Shown here piece by piece: positions 31,537-42,483 of a DNA stretch of 64,000 nucleotides. This DNA is from Chloroflexota bacterium. GTDB lineage: Bacteria; Chloroflexota; UBA11872; VXOZ01. Within the stretch, counting starts at the first letter, position 1. Every line of letters begins with the position of its first letter. Both the position numbers and the translations under genes were made by a program. The stretch is from the NCBI GenBank assembly GCA_965221905.1, contig OZ244922.1, positions 2,560,001 to 2,624,000 on the forward strand, given 5' to 3'. The notes beneath the pieces were generated by a model that was given only the letters and a program-made list of their open reading frames with translations, had not been told where the DNA came from and made no database searches.

Positions 31537-32643
31537 ATGAAGATTGGTATCGATTGTCGCCTGCACTACTACAACCGCACGGGGATCGGCCGCTATATTC
31601 ACAATCTCATTAGGGAATTCCCGCAGTGCACCCCGGCCGACGTGGAGCTCGTCTTGCTTCAGAGTAGACGGGAGCGCGGGGCAATCGCCCAAGAGCCGTC
31701 AGTGCGTTGCCGCAAGGTCGTCACCCCGGCCCACCACCCCCGGGAAAAATGGCTCCTGGCAATGGAAGTCGCCGCCAAAAGGGTTGATGTACTCCATAGC
31801 CCCGACCACATTGCACCACGCCGGTTTGGCTGGCAGAGCGTAGTGACAATACTCGACCTCGCCTTTCTGGCGCACCCGGAAGCCTATAGCGCTGCAAGCC
31901 TTCTCTATTACACCCAGGTATTCCGCTCTCTCTCTCACGCGGCGCGGGTGATTACGATTTCGGATTTCACGCGGGATGAAGTTCTCAATCGTGTTTCCAT
32001 TGCGCCGGACAAAGTAAAAACTATCCACTTGGCGGTGGATCCAACGTTCTATCCACGGTCTGATAATGCTTGCAAGAGCGTCAAGAGCAGACTCGAGATT
32101 CCCGATTCGTACTTTCTCGTTGTTGGCACCATCGAAGCGCGCAAGAATCTTGAACGCCTTGTCGCAGCATACGCGCTGCTGCCGCGCAAAGATCGTCCCC
32201 GCCTCGTCTTCGCAGGCGGCAGCGGCTTCCACTCCGATAGAGTGCTCAAGGCCGTGCAGGCGCATCACCTAGAGGATCAGGTTCGCTTTCTCGGCCACGT
32301 AAGCGACGCCGACTTGCCGATGCTCTATTCCGGGGCGCTCTGTCTGCTCTTCCCTTCTCGGTATGAAGGATTCGGTCTCCCCATTCTTGAGGCAATGGCG
32401 TGCGGCTGTCCTGTTGTGACTTCTAACCGAGGCAGCATGGCAGAGGTAGCCGGGGATGCCGCCATCCTCGTGGACCCGGACTCCGTCGAAGCGATGGCGG
32501 AAGGTATTTCAACTCTCATGGAAGATCAGTCGCTGCGCGACGACATGATTACCAAGGGGCATACACGCGTGCAGCATTTCTCGTGGCGCGCCGCGGCCAA
32601 GCAAACGCTCGCCGTCTATCGGGAAGCGGCAGAATCCCATTGA
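31537..32643 (+). CDS. GT4 glycosyltransferase
   Basis: TGIGRY, VGTIEARKNL, PSRYEGFGLPILEAMACG. Confidence 0.92.
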   Translation: MKIGIDCRLHYYNRTGIGRYIHNLIREFPQCTPADVELVLLQSRRERGAIAQEPSVRCRKVVTPAHHPREKWLLAMEVAAKRVDVLHSPDHIAPRRFGWQSVVTILDLAFLAHPEAYSAASLLYYTQVFRSLSHAARVITISDFTRDEVLNRVSIAPDKVKTIHLAVDPTFYPRSDNACKSVKSRLEIPDSYFLVVGTIEARKNLERLVAAYALLPRKDRPRLVFAGGSGFHSDRVLKAVQAHHLEDQVRFLGHVSDADLPMLYSGALCLLFPSRYEGFGLPILEAMACGCPVVTSNRGSMAEVAGDAAILVDPDSVEAMAEGISTLMEDQSLRDDMITKGHTRVQHFSWRAAAKQTLAVYREAAESH

Positions 32644-33851
32644 TGCGTGTACTCTTCCTTACACCACAACCGCCCTGGCCGCCGCACGTGGGGCCGGCGA
32701 TCCGAAACTACCAGCTTATCGCCGGGGCTGCTACGCAGCACCAAGTGTACGTGCTATGCTTCGGCGACTCTGGCACTGACCTGAGCGCCCTGGACGAGAT
32801 TTGCAGTTGGGCGGGGTGGGTAGCACGCCCCCACTACTCAATGCGTGACCGCATGTTACATCTCTTACGAAGCTCCGAACCGGATCTCGCCCTCCGTCTC
32901 CGCAGTGAGGCATTTGCCGATCGTCTGCGTTTCATCCTGGCGCATCAGCAATTTGACATCGTCCAATTCGAGGGCTTGGAGATGGCCCCTTACTTTCCGG
33001 TGGCGAAGTCGGAAAGTCCGAGCAGCCTGCTCATCCTCGATGAGCACAACGTAGAATACTTGCTGCAAGAGCGTATAGCGGCCATTTCGCGGACAGTGGG
33101 TCGTTGGTATTCTCGAGAGCAAGCCCGTCGGCTGCGAGCATACGAATCAAACGCGCTTGAAACCAGCGACGGATGGATTGCAGTCTCCGAGGTTGACGAA
33201 GCCTTTATAGAACCGCTAAACCCCGGCAAGCCGCATACCGTAGTTCCCATTGGCATAGACCCGGAAAGTCATGCTGCCAAGGAAATTCCGCTCGCTCGGT
33301 TACCGCGCCTCTTCTTTGCGGGCAAGCTAGACTACCGACCTAATTCAGAGGCCTTACGCTGGTTCTGCACCCGCGTCTGGCCGCTAATTCGCGCTCAGGT
33401 GCCAACTGCGGAGTTCATAATCGCGGGCTCGGGATCGGGGCGCAATCAAAGCTGGCTCCATCAGACTGGAATACAAGTGCTCGGCTACCTGGACGATAGG
33501 GAGTTTGCGCAGGCCCTCGGTAGCGCGTGGGTCTGTGTAGTGCCGATACAGGCGGGGAGCGGCATGCGCGTGAAGATCCTCGAAGCTTTTCTTTGGGCGA
33601 AACCGGTAGTGACCACGAGTCTGGGCATAGAGGGCATTGCGGCTCGCGCTAACGAACACGTGCGCATTGCCGACACGCCGGAAGCCTTTGCTGCGAATAC
33701 GGTGGATCTCCTCCGCGACCGGCTGCTGGCACAAGAGCAAGGCCAGGCAGCGAAGCGGTTCGCGGAGGAGCTTTACGATTGGCGTCTCTTTACGCCGCGC
33801 TTGCTGGAGTTTTATGCCCGTCTGTTGGAGTCGCCTCATGGACGCTCCTAG
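32643..33851 (+). CDS. GT4 glycosyltransferase
   Basis: TGATG coupling; DEHNVE, GSGMRVKILEA. Confidence 0.88.
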   Translation: MRVLFLTPQPPWPPHVGPAIRNYQLIAGAATQHQVYVLCFGDSGTDLSALDEICSWAGWVARPHYSMRDRMLHLLRSSEPDLALRLRSEAFADRLRFILAHQQFDIVQFEGLEMAPYFPVAKSESPSSLLILDEHNVEYLLQERIAAISRTVGRWYSREQARRLRAYESNALETSDGWIAVSEVDEAFIEPLNPGKPHTVVPIGIDPESHAAKEIPLARLPRLFFAGKLDYRPNSEALRWFCTRVWPLIRAQVPTAEFIIAGSGSGRNQSWLHQTGIQVLGYLDDREFAQALGSAWVCVVPIQAGSGMRVKILEAFLWAKPVVTTSLGIEGIAARANEHVRIADTPEAFAANTVDLLRDRLLAQEQGQAAKRFAEELYDWRLFTPRLLEFYARLLESPHGRS

Positions 33852-34815
33852 AGTTTCGCTGATCATAACGGTACGGAATGAGGAATCGGCATTGCCTGCG
33901 CTGCTGAATTCGCTTCAGGAGCAAGAGCGTCGGCCGGACGAGATTGTCATCGCAGACGGGGGCTCAACCGATGAAACCATTCCTCTGTTGCGCGCGTTTG
34001 CATCTGAGCATCAGCACGTCACTATATTGGAGCTTCCAGGACTAAACATTGCACAGGGGCGTAACGCTGCAATTCAAGCAGCAACCGGAGACATTATCGC
34101 CGTCACCGATGCCGGAGTCTCACTGCCTGCCTGCTGGCTTGCGGAGTTGGTGCGCCCTTTCGAGCACCGACCGGAGGTCGACATGGTCAGCGGTTTCTCG
34201 CGCGCGGCTCCCGAGACGCGCTTCGAAGAGCTCTTGGCGGCAACGACTCTGCCGTTGGTTAGCGAAGTTCACGAGTCCTCGTATCTTGCTTCAAGCCGGA
34301 CTGTGGCGTTTCGCCGCAGGCTCTGGGAGGCGTCAGGCGGCTATCCGGAATGGCTCGACTATAGCGAAGACGTGGTATTCGACCTCAACTGCAAGACAAT
34401 TGGCGCGCACGTTGTCTTCCAGCCCGCGGCAACCGTGCGCTTTCGTCCTCGTCCCAACTTGCGTGCGTTCTTCTTGCAGTACTATCGCTACGCCCGCGGC
34501 GACGGCAAAGCGAACCTATGGCCGGGTCGCCATGCTCTCCGGTACTGCGCATACATCCTCGGCGGCGTCATGCTGTGGCACGGCAGGCAGAATCCAGTGT
34601 GGTGGGCCGTGCTCGGCTTGGCGGCAGTGGCGGCCACCCGTAAGCCGCTCTTGCGCGAGCTCACAGAACCCAAACCCCGCAGCTTAGTGACTCTCATACA
34701 ATCGCTGGGTAGTATTCTGTATATACGAATGGTGGGCGATATTGCCAAGTTGCTTGGTTACCCTGTTGGAGTTTGGTGGCGATGCCGACTTCGTCAAAGA
34801 CACCTAAACCGATGA
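33838..34815 (+). CDS. GT2 glycosyltransferase
   Basis: VSLIITVRNE, DGGSTD, TDAG. Confidence 0.88.
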   Translation: MDAPRVSLIITVRNEESALPALLNSLQEQERRPDEIVIADGGSTDETIPLLRAFASEHQHVTILELPGLNIAQGRNAAIQAATGDIIAVTDAGVSLPACWLAELVRPFEHRPEVDMVSGFSRAAPETRFEELLAATTLPLVSEVHESSYLASSRTVAFRRRLWEASGGYPEWLDYSEDVVFDLNCKTIGAHVVFQPAATVRFRPRPNLRAFFLQYYRYARGDGKANLWPGRHALRYCAYILGGVMLWHGRQNPVWWAVLGLAAVAATRKPLLRELTEPKPRSLVTLIQSLGSILYIRMVGDIAKLLGYPVGVWWRCRLRQRHLNR

Positions 34816-35717
34816 GTCCGGCTTCTCTCGAGCTATCCATCATCATTGTTACGCACAATGTCTTGGCGCATCTACGAAGGTGTCTGGCTTCGATCTATGC
34901 CGGTGACTTTGCGGAAAGCTTTGAGGTGTTCGTCGTCGACAACGGCACTGACGAATCGTTGGCAATGGTCGCGGCTGAGTTTCGAAAAGTAAAGCGCGTA
35001 TTGGGATCGCCGCACATTGGCTTCGCGGCAGGCAACAATCTTGCACTCCCCCAGGCGCGCGGTCGCTACATCCTCTTGTTGAACCCGGATACGGAACTCC
35101 CGTCCTCTGCTCTCTCTGAACTCCATGCCGTGATGGAAACGCACCCGCATTGGGGAGTGGTGGGGCCCAAGCTCCTGCGTGCCGACGGTAGCCTGGATCT
35201 TGCCTGCCGCCGCTCGTTTCCGACGCCCTGGAATGCGCTCATGAAGGCGTGCGGCCTCGCAAAACGCTTCCCCCAATCGCGCTTTACGGCCGGCTATAAT
35301 CTCACATATATCGATCCCGATGAGAGCCATCCCTTAGATGCTATAGTGGGCGCGTTCATGTTCATTCGCCGCAAAGCACTCGCCCAAGCTGGGCCGCTGG
35401 ACGATGTCTTCTTCATGTACGGCGAAGACCTCGATCTCTGCTATCGTATAAAGCAGGCTGGATGGCAAGTATGGTATTGGCCGGCAGTTGCGGTGCGGCA
35501 CCTTAAGGGTGAGAGCAGCCGCCAGCGGCCGGGTCGCATGACTTTCGAGTTTTTTCGATCCATGCATTTGTTCTATGCCAAGCACCAAGCGCCAAGCAAC
35601 TCAACCACATTGAATTTCTTCGTCATTTTGGCAATTTGGGTATTCTTCATCGCTGCGATGCTCCGAGTTTGGACGCGAAGAAGATCCCAACAAGCACCGC
35701 GGCTTCCAGCGCTCTAG
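34812..35717 (+). CDS. GT2 glycosyltransferase (WbbL/rhamnosyltransferase-like)
   Basis: GFAAGNN, LLNPDT, FFMYGEDLDLC. Confidence 0.88.
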   Translation: MSPASLELSIIIVTHNVLAHLRRCLASIYAGDFAESFEVFVVDNGTDESLAMVAAEFRKVKRVLGSPHIGFAAGNNLALPQARGRYILLLNPDTELPSSALSELHAVMETHPHWGVVGPKLLRADGSLDLACRRSFPTPWNALMKACGLAKRFPQSRFTAGYNLTYIDPDESHPLDAIVGAFMFIRRKALAQAGPLDDVFFMYGEDLDLCYRIKQAGWQVWYWPAVAVRHLKGESSRQRPGRMTFEFFRSMHLFYAKHQAPSNSTTLNFFVILAIWVFFIAAMLRVWTRRRSQQAPRLPAL

Positions 35718-35731
35718 CAAGGAGAGGAAGC

Positions 35732-37138
35732 ATGACGCTAAAGAGAGATCTAAATTTCCTCTTCGTGCCGTTGTGGCTCCTACTCGATGCCCTGGCAGTA
35801 GCTCTTGCCGTCTTCTGCTCCTATTACGTGCGCTTCACTCTAGGCTGGCCTCCGCCGGAGGAAATTCATGCCATTGAGGTGTACTACCGGCTGTGGTTCC
35901 TCTTGACCGTGTTGTACATGGGCATGATGATGCTCAATGGGCTCTATCGACCGCAACGGCACGTACCTTCAGAAGAGTATTTCCTCAAGATTTTTGCCGC
36001 CGTTGCGCTGGGTACTATCCTTGCCGTAGGCATCTCCACGTTCTTCTGGCGCGAAGGTTTCGTGTACTCCCGTCTACTCGTCGGCTATGCAGCATTTCTC
36101 AGTATCTTCTTCCTCACGTTTGAGCGCGTTGTCCTGTCTCTAACGCGCGGTGCAATGCATCAAAGAAACTTTGGGACGGTACGCACAGTCATTGTGGGAC
36201 ACGGATCGGGAAGCGAATTCGTGCACGATCATCTTCAGCGCCTTCCGCAACTCGGGTACGAAATAGTCGGCATCCTGGATGACGATCCGGATGAAAACGC
36301 GCTGCGCTTGAGCTATCCCTTGCTGGGCAAGCTAGCTCTGCTCCCGAACGTTATTTCGGAGTATGAGGTTAAAGAGGTCATAATCACATTGCCCGAGCTC
36401 AACACGAAGGAGTTGCTGCGCATCCTCGACCTCTGTCCCACAGAGAATGTCCGAATCCGCGTACATCCGGACCTCTTCCAATTCCTGGTCAGCACTGTGC
36501 AAGTGGACGAAATCTCCGGCCTGCCGCTGCTCACGGTCAAGGAACCCCGTCTTGCCGGATGGCACCGGGTGGCGAAACGCACGATGGACATCGTGGTCGC
36601 GGCCTTCACTCTAGTCCTGCTATCGGGCCCGCTGCTTATTGTTACACTGCTGATTCGCCTCGACTCGGCCGGCCCTACGTTCTTCGTCCAGGAGCGTGTA
36701 GGTCGTGACGGTAAGGCCTTCCCCATCATCAAGTTTCGTACAATGGTGGATAACAGTTCCGGTCAAGATAGCCGCGATTGGACAGTTCCCGATGACCCGC
36801 GACGCACCCGTTTGGGTAGATTTCTGCGTCGGTTCTCCATAGACGAGTTGCCTAACCTTATCAACGTGCTTATGGGCCACATGAGCCTTGTTGGCCCGCG
36901 CGCTGAGCAACCGCAATACGTGAGGCAATTCAGCGCCGAAATCCCACGGTACATGGAGCGCCATCGAGAGAAAGCGGGAATGACCGGCTGGGCGCAGGTC
37001 AACGGCTTGCGCGGTGACGTGCCCATCGACCAGCGCACACAATACGACCTCTATTACATCGAGAATTGGTCGATCTTCTTCGACGTTCGCATCCTCCTGA
37101 GAACGCTCATCGCCGTCTTCAAGGAGCCGGCCTACTAA
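35732..37138 (+). CDS. Undecaprenyl-phosphate sugar phosphotransferase (WcaJ-like)
   Basis: KRTMDI, KFRTM, DDPRRT, SIDELP, MSLVGPR, GMTGWAQVNG, DLYYIENWS. Confidence 0.92.
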   Translation: MTLKRDLNFLFVPLWLLLDALAVALAVFCSYYVRFTLGWPPPEEIHAIEVYYRLWFLLTVLYMGMMMLNGLYRPQRHVPSEEYFLKIFAAVALGTILAVGISTFFWREGFVYSRLLVGYAAFLSIFFLTFERVVLSLTRGAMHQRNFGTVRTVIVGHGSGSEFVHDHLQRLPQLGYEIVGILDDDPDENALRLSYPLLGKLALLPNVISEYEVKEVIITLPELNTKELLRILDLCPTENVRIRVHPDLFQFLVSTVQVDEISGLPLLTVKEPRLAGWHRVAKRTMDIVVAAFTLVLLSGPLLIVTLLIRLDSAGPTFFVQERVGRDGKAFPIIKFRTMVDNSSGQDSRDWTVPDDPRRTRLGRFLRRFSIDELPNLINVLMGHMSLVGPRAEQPQYVRQFSAEIPRYMERHREKAGMTGWAQVNGLRGDVPIDQRTQYDLYYIENWSIFFDVRILLRTLIAVFKEPAY

Positions 37139-37225
37139 TGGTATTGTCGTTGGAGGAACATCGGATCGGCATGCCGGCACAATGCTTCCAAGTACAGCAA
37201 CTAGGAGCACACCATAGGATGAACC

Positions 37226-38305
37226 ATGAAAATCACTGAAATCACACATCGTGAATACCGCTGGCCCCGTCGCAAACCTATCCGCAACGGCATGTTTACC
37301 TACACCGACGTCACACTCTCTGTCGTGGAAGTTGCGACCGACGTTGGGCTCGTCGGTCTCGGTCTGGGAGGTGTCAACCCCTCTCTCTTGGAGCGTTTCA
37401 AGCCGCTGCTCATCGGCGAAGACCCCTTCAATGTAGAGCGGCTGTGGCATGCTCTGTGGGTGCCGAAACTTGTGGGAAGGCGCGGCACGGAGACACGCAC
37501 GATTTCAACCCTAGACATCGCCCTTTGGGACCTGAACGGAAAAGCCACGGGAAAGTCCGTGCGCCAATTGCTTGGCGGCTATGCGGAACGCATTCCGGTC
37601 TACATTGCGGGGGGCTACTACGAAGAAGATAAGGGCCTCAACGAGTTGGCGGAGGAAATGGCGGAGAACGTGCGCATGGGCGCACGGGCGGTCAAGATTA
37701 AGATCGGCGGCGCACCGATCCGAGAGGATGTGGAGCGCGTGCGAATAGTGCGTGAAACGGTGGGCCCGGACGTAGCCGTGATGGTGGACGCGAACAATGC
37801 CTACCCTGCCCACGAAGCCATCCGCATTGCCGCCCAGATGGAAGAATTCGACATCTACTGGTTCGAGGAGCCAGTGGGTGCGGACGATTATGCGGGCTGC
37901 GCCCGCGTTGCCCAAGCGACCAGCATCCCCATTGCTACCGGCGAAAACGAGTACACGCGCTATGGATTTCGCGACCTCATTCAACACCAGGCCGCCAGCA
38001 TCCTCAACGCCGATGCCAATATCTGCGGCGGCGTGACGGAGTTCCGTCGCATCGCCGCGCTAGCTGCTGCCCATGATTTGGTGATCGCTCCGCACGGTTC
38101 GCAAGACATTCACATTCACCTCGTTACCGGTATTCCAAACGGGCTAATCCTCGAGTACTATCGAGATACCGTGGATCCGATGTGGGGCAAGACATTCGAA
38201 GAGCCGCTAATGCTGGATGCCGACGGCATGCTCGCGCCGCCGGAGAGGCCGGGCTTTGGCATCACGCTCAATGAGGACGCTTTAGCGGAGTTCCGCGTAT
38301 TGTAG
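37226..38305 (+). CDS. Mandelate racemase/muconate lactonizing enzyme family protein
   Basis: DIALWDL, KIKIG, MVDAN, WFEEP, TGEN, PERPGFG. Confidence 0.92.
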   Translation: MKITEITHREYRWPRRKPIRNGMFTYTDVTLSVVEVATDVGLVGLGLGGVNPSLLERFKPLLIGEDPFNVERLWHALWVPKLVGRRGTETRTISTLDIALWDLNGKATGKSVRQLLGGYAERIPVYIAGGYYEEDKGLNELAEEMAENVRMGARAVKIKIGGAPIREDVERVRIVRETVGPDVAVMVDANNAYPAHEAIRIAAQMEEFDIYWFEEPVGADDYAGCARVAQATSIPIATGENEYTRYGFRDLIQHQAASILNADANICGGVTEFRRIAALAAAHDLVIAPHGSQDIHIHLVTGIPNGLILEYYRDTVDPMWGKTFEEPLMLDADGMLAPPERPGFGITLNEDALAEFRVL

Positions 38306-38489
38306 GGACGTGGAGCGAATGCTAGACCACTGCATTGGGACCAATCTGCCTCATTACGCATATCCTAACCGGCCACGCTTCGTTCTTGCATTCAGAGACC
38401 TTGCACATACTGTGTTACGCTAATATGGGCAGTGCAGGTGCCGAAAAACCAAATCCAACTCCCCACTTAGAAAGTGAGCACCCAAGCCA

Positions 38490-39374
38490 ATGACGGTCTT
38501 TGAAAAGCCAGGAAACTGGTATAAGGGCAACCTACACACCCACTCTACTAACTCGGACGGGCTCTTTTCACCGGAGCAGGCAGCGTTGTGGTACTGGACT
38601 ATGGGGTACGACTTTCTTTCGATCACCGATCATCGCACGCTCACCCTTTTTGAAAAGCAGCCTCAGCGCAGCCCAGTGCTCATCCCCGGTATGGAACTCG
38701 ATGGCGGTGATGCTCGCGCCGGCGGTAGCTACCATATCGTTGGTCTCGGCCTCCGCGACATGCACGAGCAGCCACCCAACCTGGATGCCCAAGGAGCCAT
38801 AGACACCATACGCGCGGACGGCGGCTTGGCCGTGCTAGCGCATCCCTACTGGCAGGGACACGTCACCTCCGATCTCACGCATCTGGAAGGCGCAGTCGGC
38901 CTTGAAGTTTTTAACAGTGCCACCGAACTCAGCATCAACAAGGGCAACAGTTCCTATCTTTGGGATGGACTGCTTGACCGCAAGCGAGCCCTCTACGGTC
39001 TTGCCGTGGACGACACACACTGGAGACGTCCGGCTGCTGGCGGCGGTTGGATCATGGCCAAGGCCGCGGCATGCACGCCGAATTCAATACTAGAGGCAAT
39101 ATCTGCGGGCGATTTCTACGCCTCCCAGGGACCGGAAATTCACGACTTTCGGCTGGAGGATGGTATTGCCTCGGCCAAGACTTCACCGGTCCGTACGATT
39201 GCTTTCATGGCCGAACGCAACCACGGTTTGGCAATCCGCTCGCCACAGGGCGATCCCATCACTTCCGCCCACTACTCCTTAAGAAATGAGCGTACTTACG
39301 TGCGTTTGGAGTGCGTGGACTTCCAGGGTCGGCGCGCATGGAGCAATGCGATTTGGCTTGAGGAGAATGAATAG
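38490..39374 (+). CDS. PHP-domain metallohydrolase (CehA/McbA-like), copy 1
   Basis: WYKGNLHTHSTNSDG, ITDH, AHPYW, DDTH. Confidence 0.85.
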   Translation: MTVFEKPGNWYKGNLHTHSTNSDGLFSPEQAALWYWTMGYDFLSITDHRTLTLFEKQPQRSPVLIPGMELDGGDARAGGSYHIVGLGLRDMHEQPPNLDAQGAIDTIRADGGLAVLAHPYWQGHVTSDLTHLEGAVGLEVFNSATELSINKGNSSYLWDGLLDRKRALYGLAVDDTHWRRPAAGGGWIMAKAAACTPNSILEAISAGDFYASQGPEIHDFRLEDGIASAKTSPVRTIAFMAERNHGLAIRSPQGDPITSAHYSLRNERTYVRLECVDFQGRRAWSNAIWLEENE

Positions 39375-39387
39375 AGCGAGGAGAAAC

Positions 39388-39669
39388 CTGCGGCGGCGCA
39401 ACCGAATTTCGCCGCATCGCCGCGCTTTCCACCTCCCATGATCTGGTGACGCCCCTCACGGTTCGCAGGATATTCAAATCCACCTCGTAACCAGAATCCC
39501 CAATGGGCTGATTCTCGAGTATTACCGCGACACCGTGGATCCTATGTGGGGCAAGACGTTCAAAGAAACGCTCATACTGGATGCGGATGGGATGCTCGCG
39601 CCGCCCGATAGACCTGGCTTTGGCATTGAACTGAACGAGGAAGCCTTAGCACCGTATCGCGTGGCATAG
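39388..39669 (+). pseudogene. 3' remnant of a paralog of the 37226-38305 enolase-family gene
   Basis: Aligns by eye to about 38023-38305 (EFRRIAAL...LEYYRDTVDPMWGKTF...PGFG) with a 1-bp deletion; 5' part absent. Confidence 0.88.
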
Positions 39670-39845
39670 GGATTCCACAGGCACGCCACCCGCTATCTAC
39701 GTCGCAGCCACGCACTGGCGACTCTTTCGTTCAATAATTGCCTAGGGCGTCAGCCCGCATGCTTGGCGCTGCGGTGATTGCGCTAGAATGAAGGGAGAAC
39801 GCATCGGTCCCAATCCCTCCCCAATCGCAAAGAAAGTGAGTGCAC

Positions 39846-40736
39846 ATGGCACAGACAGTCTTTCAAAAGCCTGGAAACTGGTACAAGGGAAACCTGCACA
39901 CGCACTCCACAAACTCAGACGGCCTCTATCCTCCGGAGATGGTAGCGTTGTGGTATTGGACGACGGGCTACGACTTCCTTTCGATTACGGACCACCGCAC
40001 CCTCACCCTCTTTGAATCGCCGCCTACGCGCAGTCCGGTGCTTATTCCCGGCATGGAGCTCAATGGCGATGATGCCCGCGCCGGAGGAGGATACCATATC
40101 GTTGGTCTCGGTCTGAACAACATGCACGCCCAACCGCCTGATCTCGATGCTCAAGGAGCAATTGATGCGATCCGCGCCGATGGGGGTCTGGCGGTGCTGG
40201 CCCATCCCTACTGGCTGGGACACGTCACCACCGACCTTGCACACCTTGAAGGCGCTACCGGCCTCGAAGTCTTCAACTACGGCACGCAAGTGAGCATCAA
40301 CAAAGGTGACAGTACCTATCTCTGGGATGGTCTGCTCGACCGCAAGCGGCCGCTCTTGGGTCTGGCCGTAGACGACACACACTGGAAGCTGCCCGATGCC
40401 GGCGGCGGATGGGTCATGGCGAAAGCCGCTTCATGCACACCGAAAGACATCTTGGACGCAGTCGCAGTAGGAGACTTCTACGCGTCTCAAGGACCGGAGA
40501 TTCATGATTTCCGCATCGAGGACGGTGTGGCCTATGCGAAGACCTCGCCGGTGAGGACCATTGCCTTTATGTCCGAACGCTCGCATGGACTGGCAATCCG
40601 ATCCCCGCAGGGCGATCCCATTACCTCAGCCCGTTACTCCCTGCGAAACGAGCACACGTACGTGCGCCTGGAATGTGTTGACTTTCAAGGACGACGCGCG
40701 TGGAGCAATCCCATCTGGCTTGAAGGAAACGAGTAG
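39846..40736 (+). CDS. PHP-domain metallohydrolase, copy 2
   Basis: Same motifs and high visible identity to 38490-39374. Confidence 0.85.
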   Translation: MAQTVFQKPGNWYKGNLHTHSTNSDGLYPPEMVALWYWTTGYDFLSITDHRTLTLFESPPTRSPVLIPGMELNGDDARAGGGYHIVGLGLNNMHAQPPDLDAQGAIDAIRADGGLAVLAHPYWLGHVTTDLAHLEGATGLEVFNYGTQVSINKGDSTYLWDGLLDRKRPLLGLAVDDTHWKLPDAGGGWVMAKAASCTPKDILDAVAVGDFYASQGPEIHDFRIEDGVAYAKTSPVRTIAFMSERSHGLAIRSPQGDPITSARYSLRNEHTYVRLECVDFQGRRAWSNPIWLEGNE

Positions 40737-40753
40737 CTCTAGGAGGAAGTTGC

Positions 40754-41887
40754 ATGAAGATCGTAGACCTTAGGCTCCATCCGGTTGCCGTGGCAAGGCA
40801 ATATGCCACGCTGACCTCCGGCGGCCAAGAAGGCCGTCAAAACCCTGACGCCGTACCCGTGGAACTATCCTATTTCTACATCCTCGAATTAGAGACCGAT
40901 TCCGGCATTGTGGGCATTGGCGAGATATCGGACATCGACCCAAAGACGCGTTTCGGCGACGGTTCTTCCATGGAGATCGATAACGTATCTCAGAAGCTGC
41001 GTTCGCAGCTTATGGGGCGTGATCCGACCAACTTCGAGCAACTCGTACGAGATGTAGATTTCGGCGGCCTCGTGAATTGCGCCATCGACACTGCCTGCTA
41101 CGACATCTTGGGAAAGGTCTCCGGAATCTCGGCCACTACTCTGGCCGGCGGCCGCTATCGCGAGAGTGTTTGGGTCTCGTGGGTAGCCTATATTCGCGAG
41201 CCCGAAGCCATGGCGCCGGAGATCGAGGAGAAGCTGGGGCAGGGCTTCGATGCTTTCAAATTCAAGGTAGGGCGCGACATCGACCTGGACGAAGAGCGCA
41301 TCAAGCTCTTCCGACAAATCGGCGGCCCCGATCTGAACCTAAAGCTCGATGCCAATGCGGCCTGGGACGTTGATGAAGCCATCTCATACATCCGCCGCCT
41401 GGAAAAGTACGATATCTCAGGTGTAGAGACGCCCATCGACAAAGTGAATGTCACCGGCATGGCCCAAGTGCGCAAAGCAGTCGGCACGCCAATTCTGGAG
41501 CACGTGAGTACGCCTGAGTACGCCCTCGAGTTGGTGCGCCATGAGGCAGTGGACGTCTTCAACGTTTCAACGGTAGGATGCGGCGGCATCTATCGGGCGA
41601 AGAAGGTAATCGCCCTGGCCGAAGCCACCGGTCTGGAAGTACTCCTCGGCAGCACCGTAGAACTCGGCGTGGGCACCGCCGCGCAACTGGCGCTTGCCGC
41701 TTCCTCGGCGCGTGTGGACTGGCCCTCAGACCTCATCGGGCCGCTCATGTACGTTGACGACGTACTGGTAGAGCCTTGGGAGTGGGAGAACGGGTATCTT
41801 CGCGTTCCATCCGGCGCGGGTATGGGCGTCACGCTCGACTCTCAGAAGCTCCAGTCGCTCTATCACACACTTCCCACATCGTCGTAA
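40754..41887 (+). CDS. Enolase superfamily enzyme (muconate-lactonizing/epimerase type)
   Basis: AGGAGG RBS; FKFKVG, LDANA, VETP, GGIYRA, GMGVTLD. Confidence 0.88.
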   Translation: MKIVDLRLHPVAVARQYATLTSGGQEGRQNPDAVPVELSYFYILELETDSGIVGIGEISDIDPKTRFGDGSSMEIDNVSQKLRSQLMGRDPTNFEQLVRDVDFGGLVNCAIDTACYDILGKVSGISATTLAGGRYRESVWVSWVAYIREPEAMAPEIEEKLGQGFDAFKFKVGRDIDLDEERIKLFRQIGGPDLNLKLDANAAWDVDEAISYIRRLEKYDISGVETPIDKVNVTGMAQVRKAVGTPILEHVSTPEYALELVRHEAVDVFNVSTVGCGGIYRAKKVIALAEATGLEVLLGSTVELGVGTAAQLALAASSARVDWPSDLIGPLMYVDDVLVEPWEWENGYLRVPSGAGMGVTLDSQKLQSLYHTLPTSS

Positions 41888-41969
41888 TACATGTCGAAGA
41901 TCTCTTATGGCAGCGCCGTATAGACCTGCTCAGCGCGCTAGAATGCGCTTAGGGTAAAGCGACTGGATA

Positions 41970-42482
41970 GTCCTGCCCGAAAGAACGCTCGTGGCGAGCC
42001 TAGTGTCTGCTCATCGTGAGCCGAAAGTCCATTCGTAGCGGGCCTAGTGTCCGCTCGTCCTGCCCTATAGTCCGCTCGCGGTGAGCCTAGATTCCGTTCG
42101 TCCTGCCCTGTATTCCGCTCATCGTGAGCCTAGCGTCTGCTCGTCGTGAGCCGAGAGTCCGTTCGTGGTGGGCCTAGTGTCCGCTCGTCCTGCCCTATAG
42201 TCCGCTCGCGGTGAGCCTAGATTCCGTTCGTCCTGCCCTGTATTCCGCTCATCGTGAGCCTAGCGTCCGCTCGTCGTGAGCCGAAAGCCCATTCGTAGCG
42301 GGCCTAGATTCCGCTCGTCCTGCCCTATAGTCCGCTCGCGGTGAGCCTAGATTCCGCTCGTCCTGCCCTATAGTCCGCTCGCGGTGAGCCTAGATTCCGT
42401 TCGTCCTGCCCTGTATTCCGCTCATCGTGAGCCTAGCGTCTGCTCGTCGTGAGCCGAGAGTCCGTTCGTGGTGGGCCTGGAT
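41970..42482 (+). repeat. Satellite array of about 23 degenerate 21-22-bp monomers arranged as a 130-bp higher-order repeat
   Basis: TCCGCTCGTCCTGCCCTATAG recurs at 42050, 42180, 42310 (and 42353 after a 43-bp duplication); monomer consensus TCCGYTCRNNGTGAGCC-N5. Confidence 0.92.
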
Positions 42483-42483
42483 T

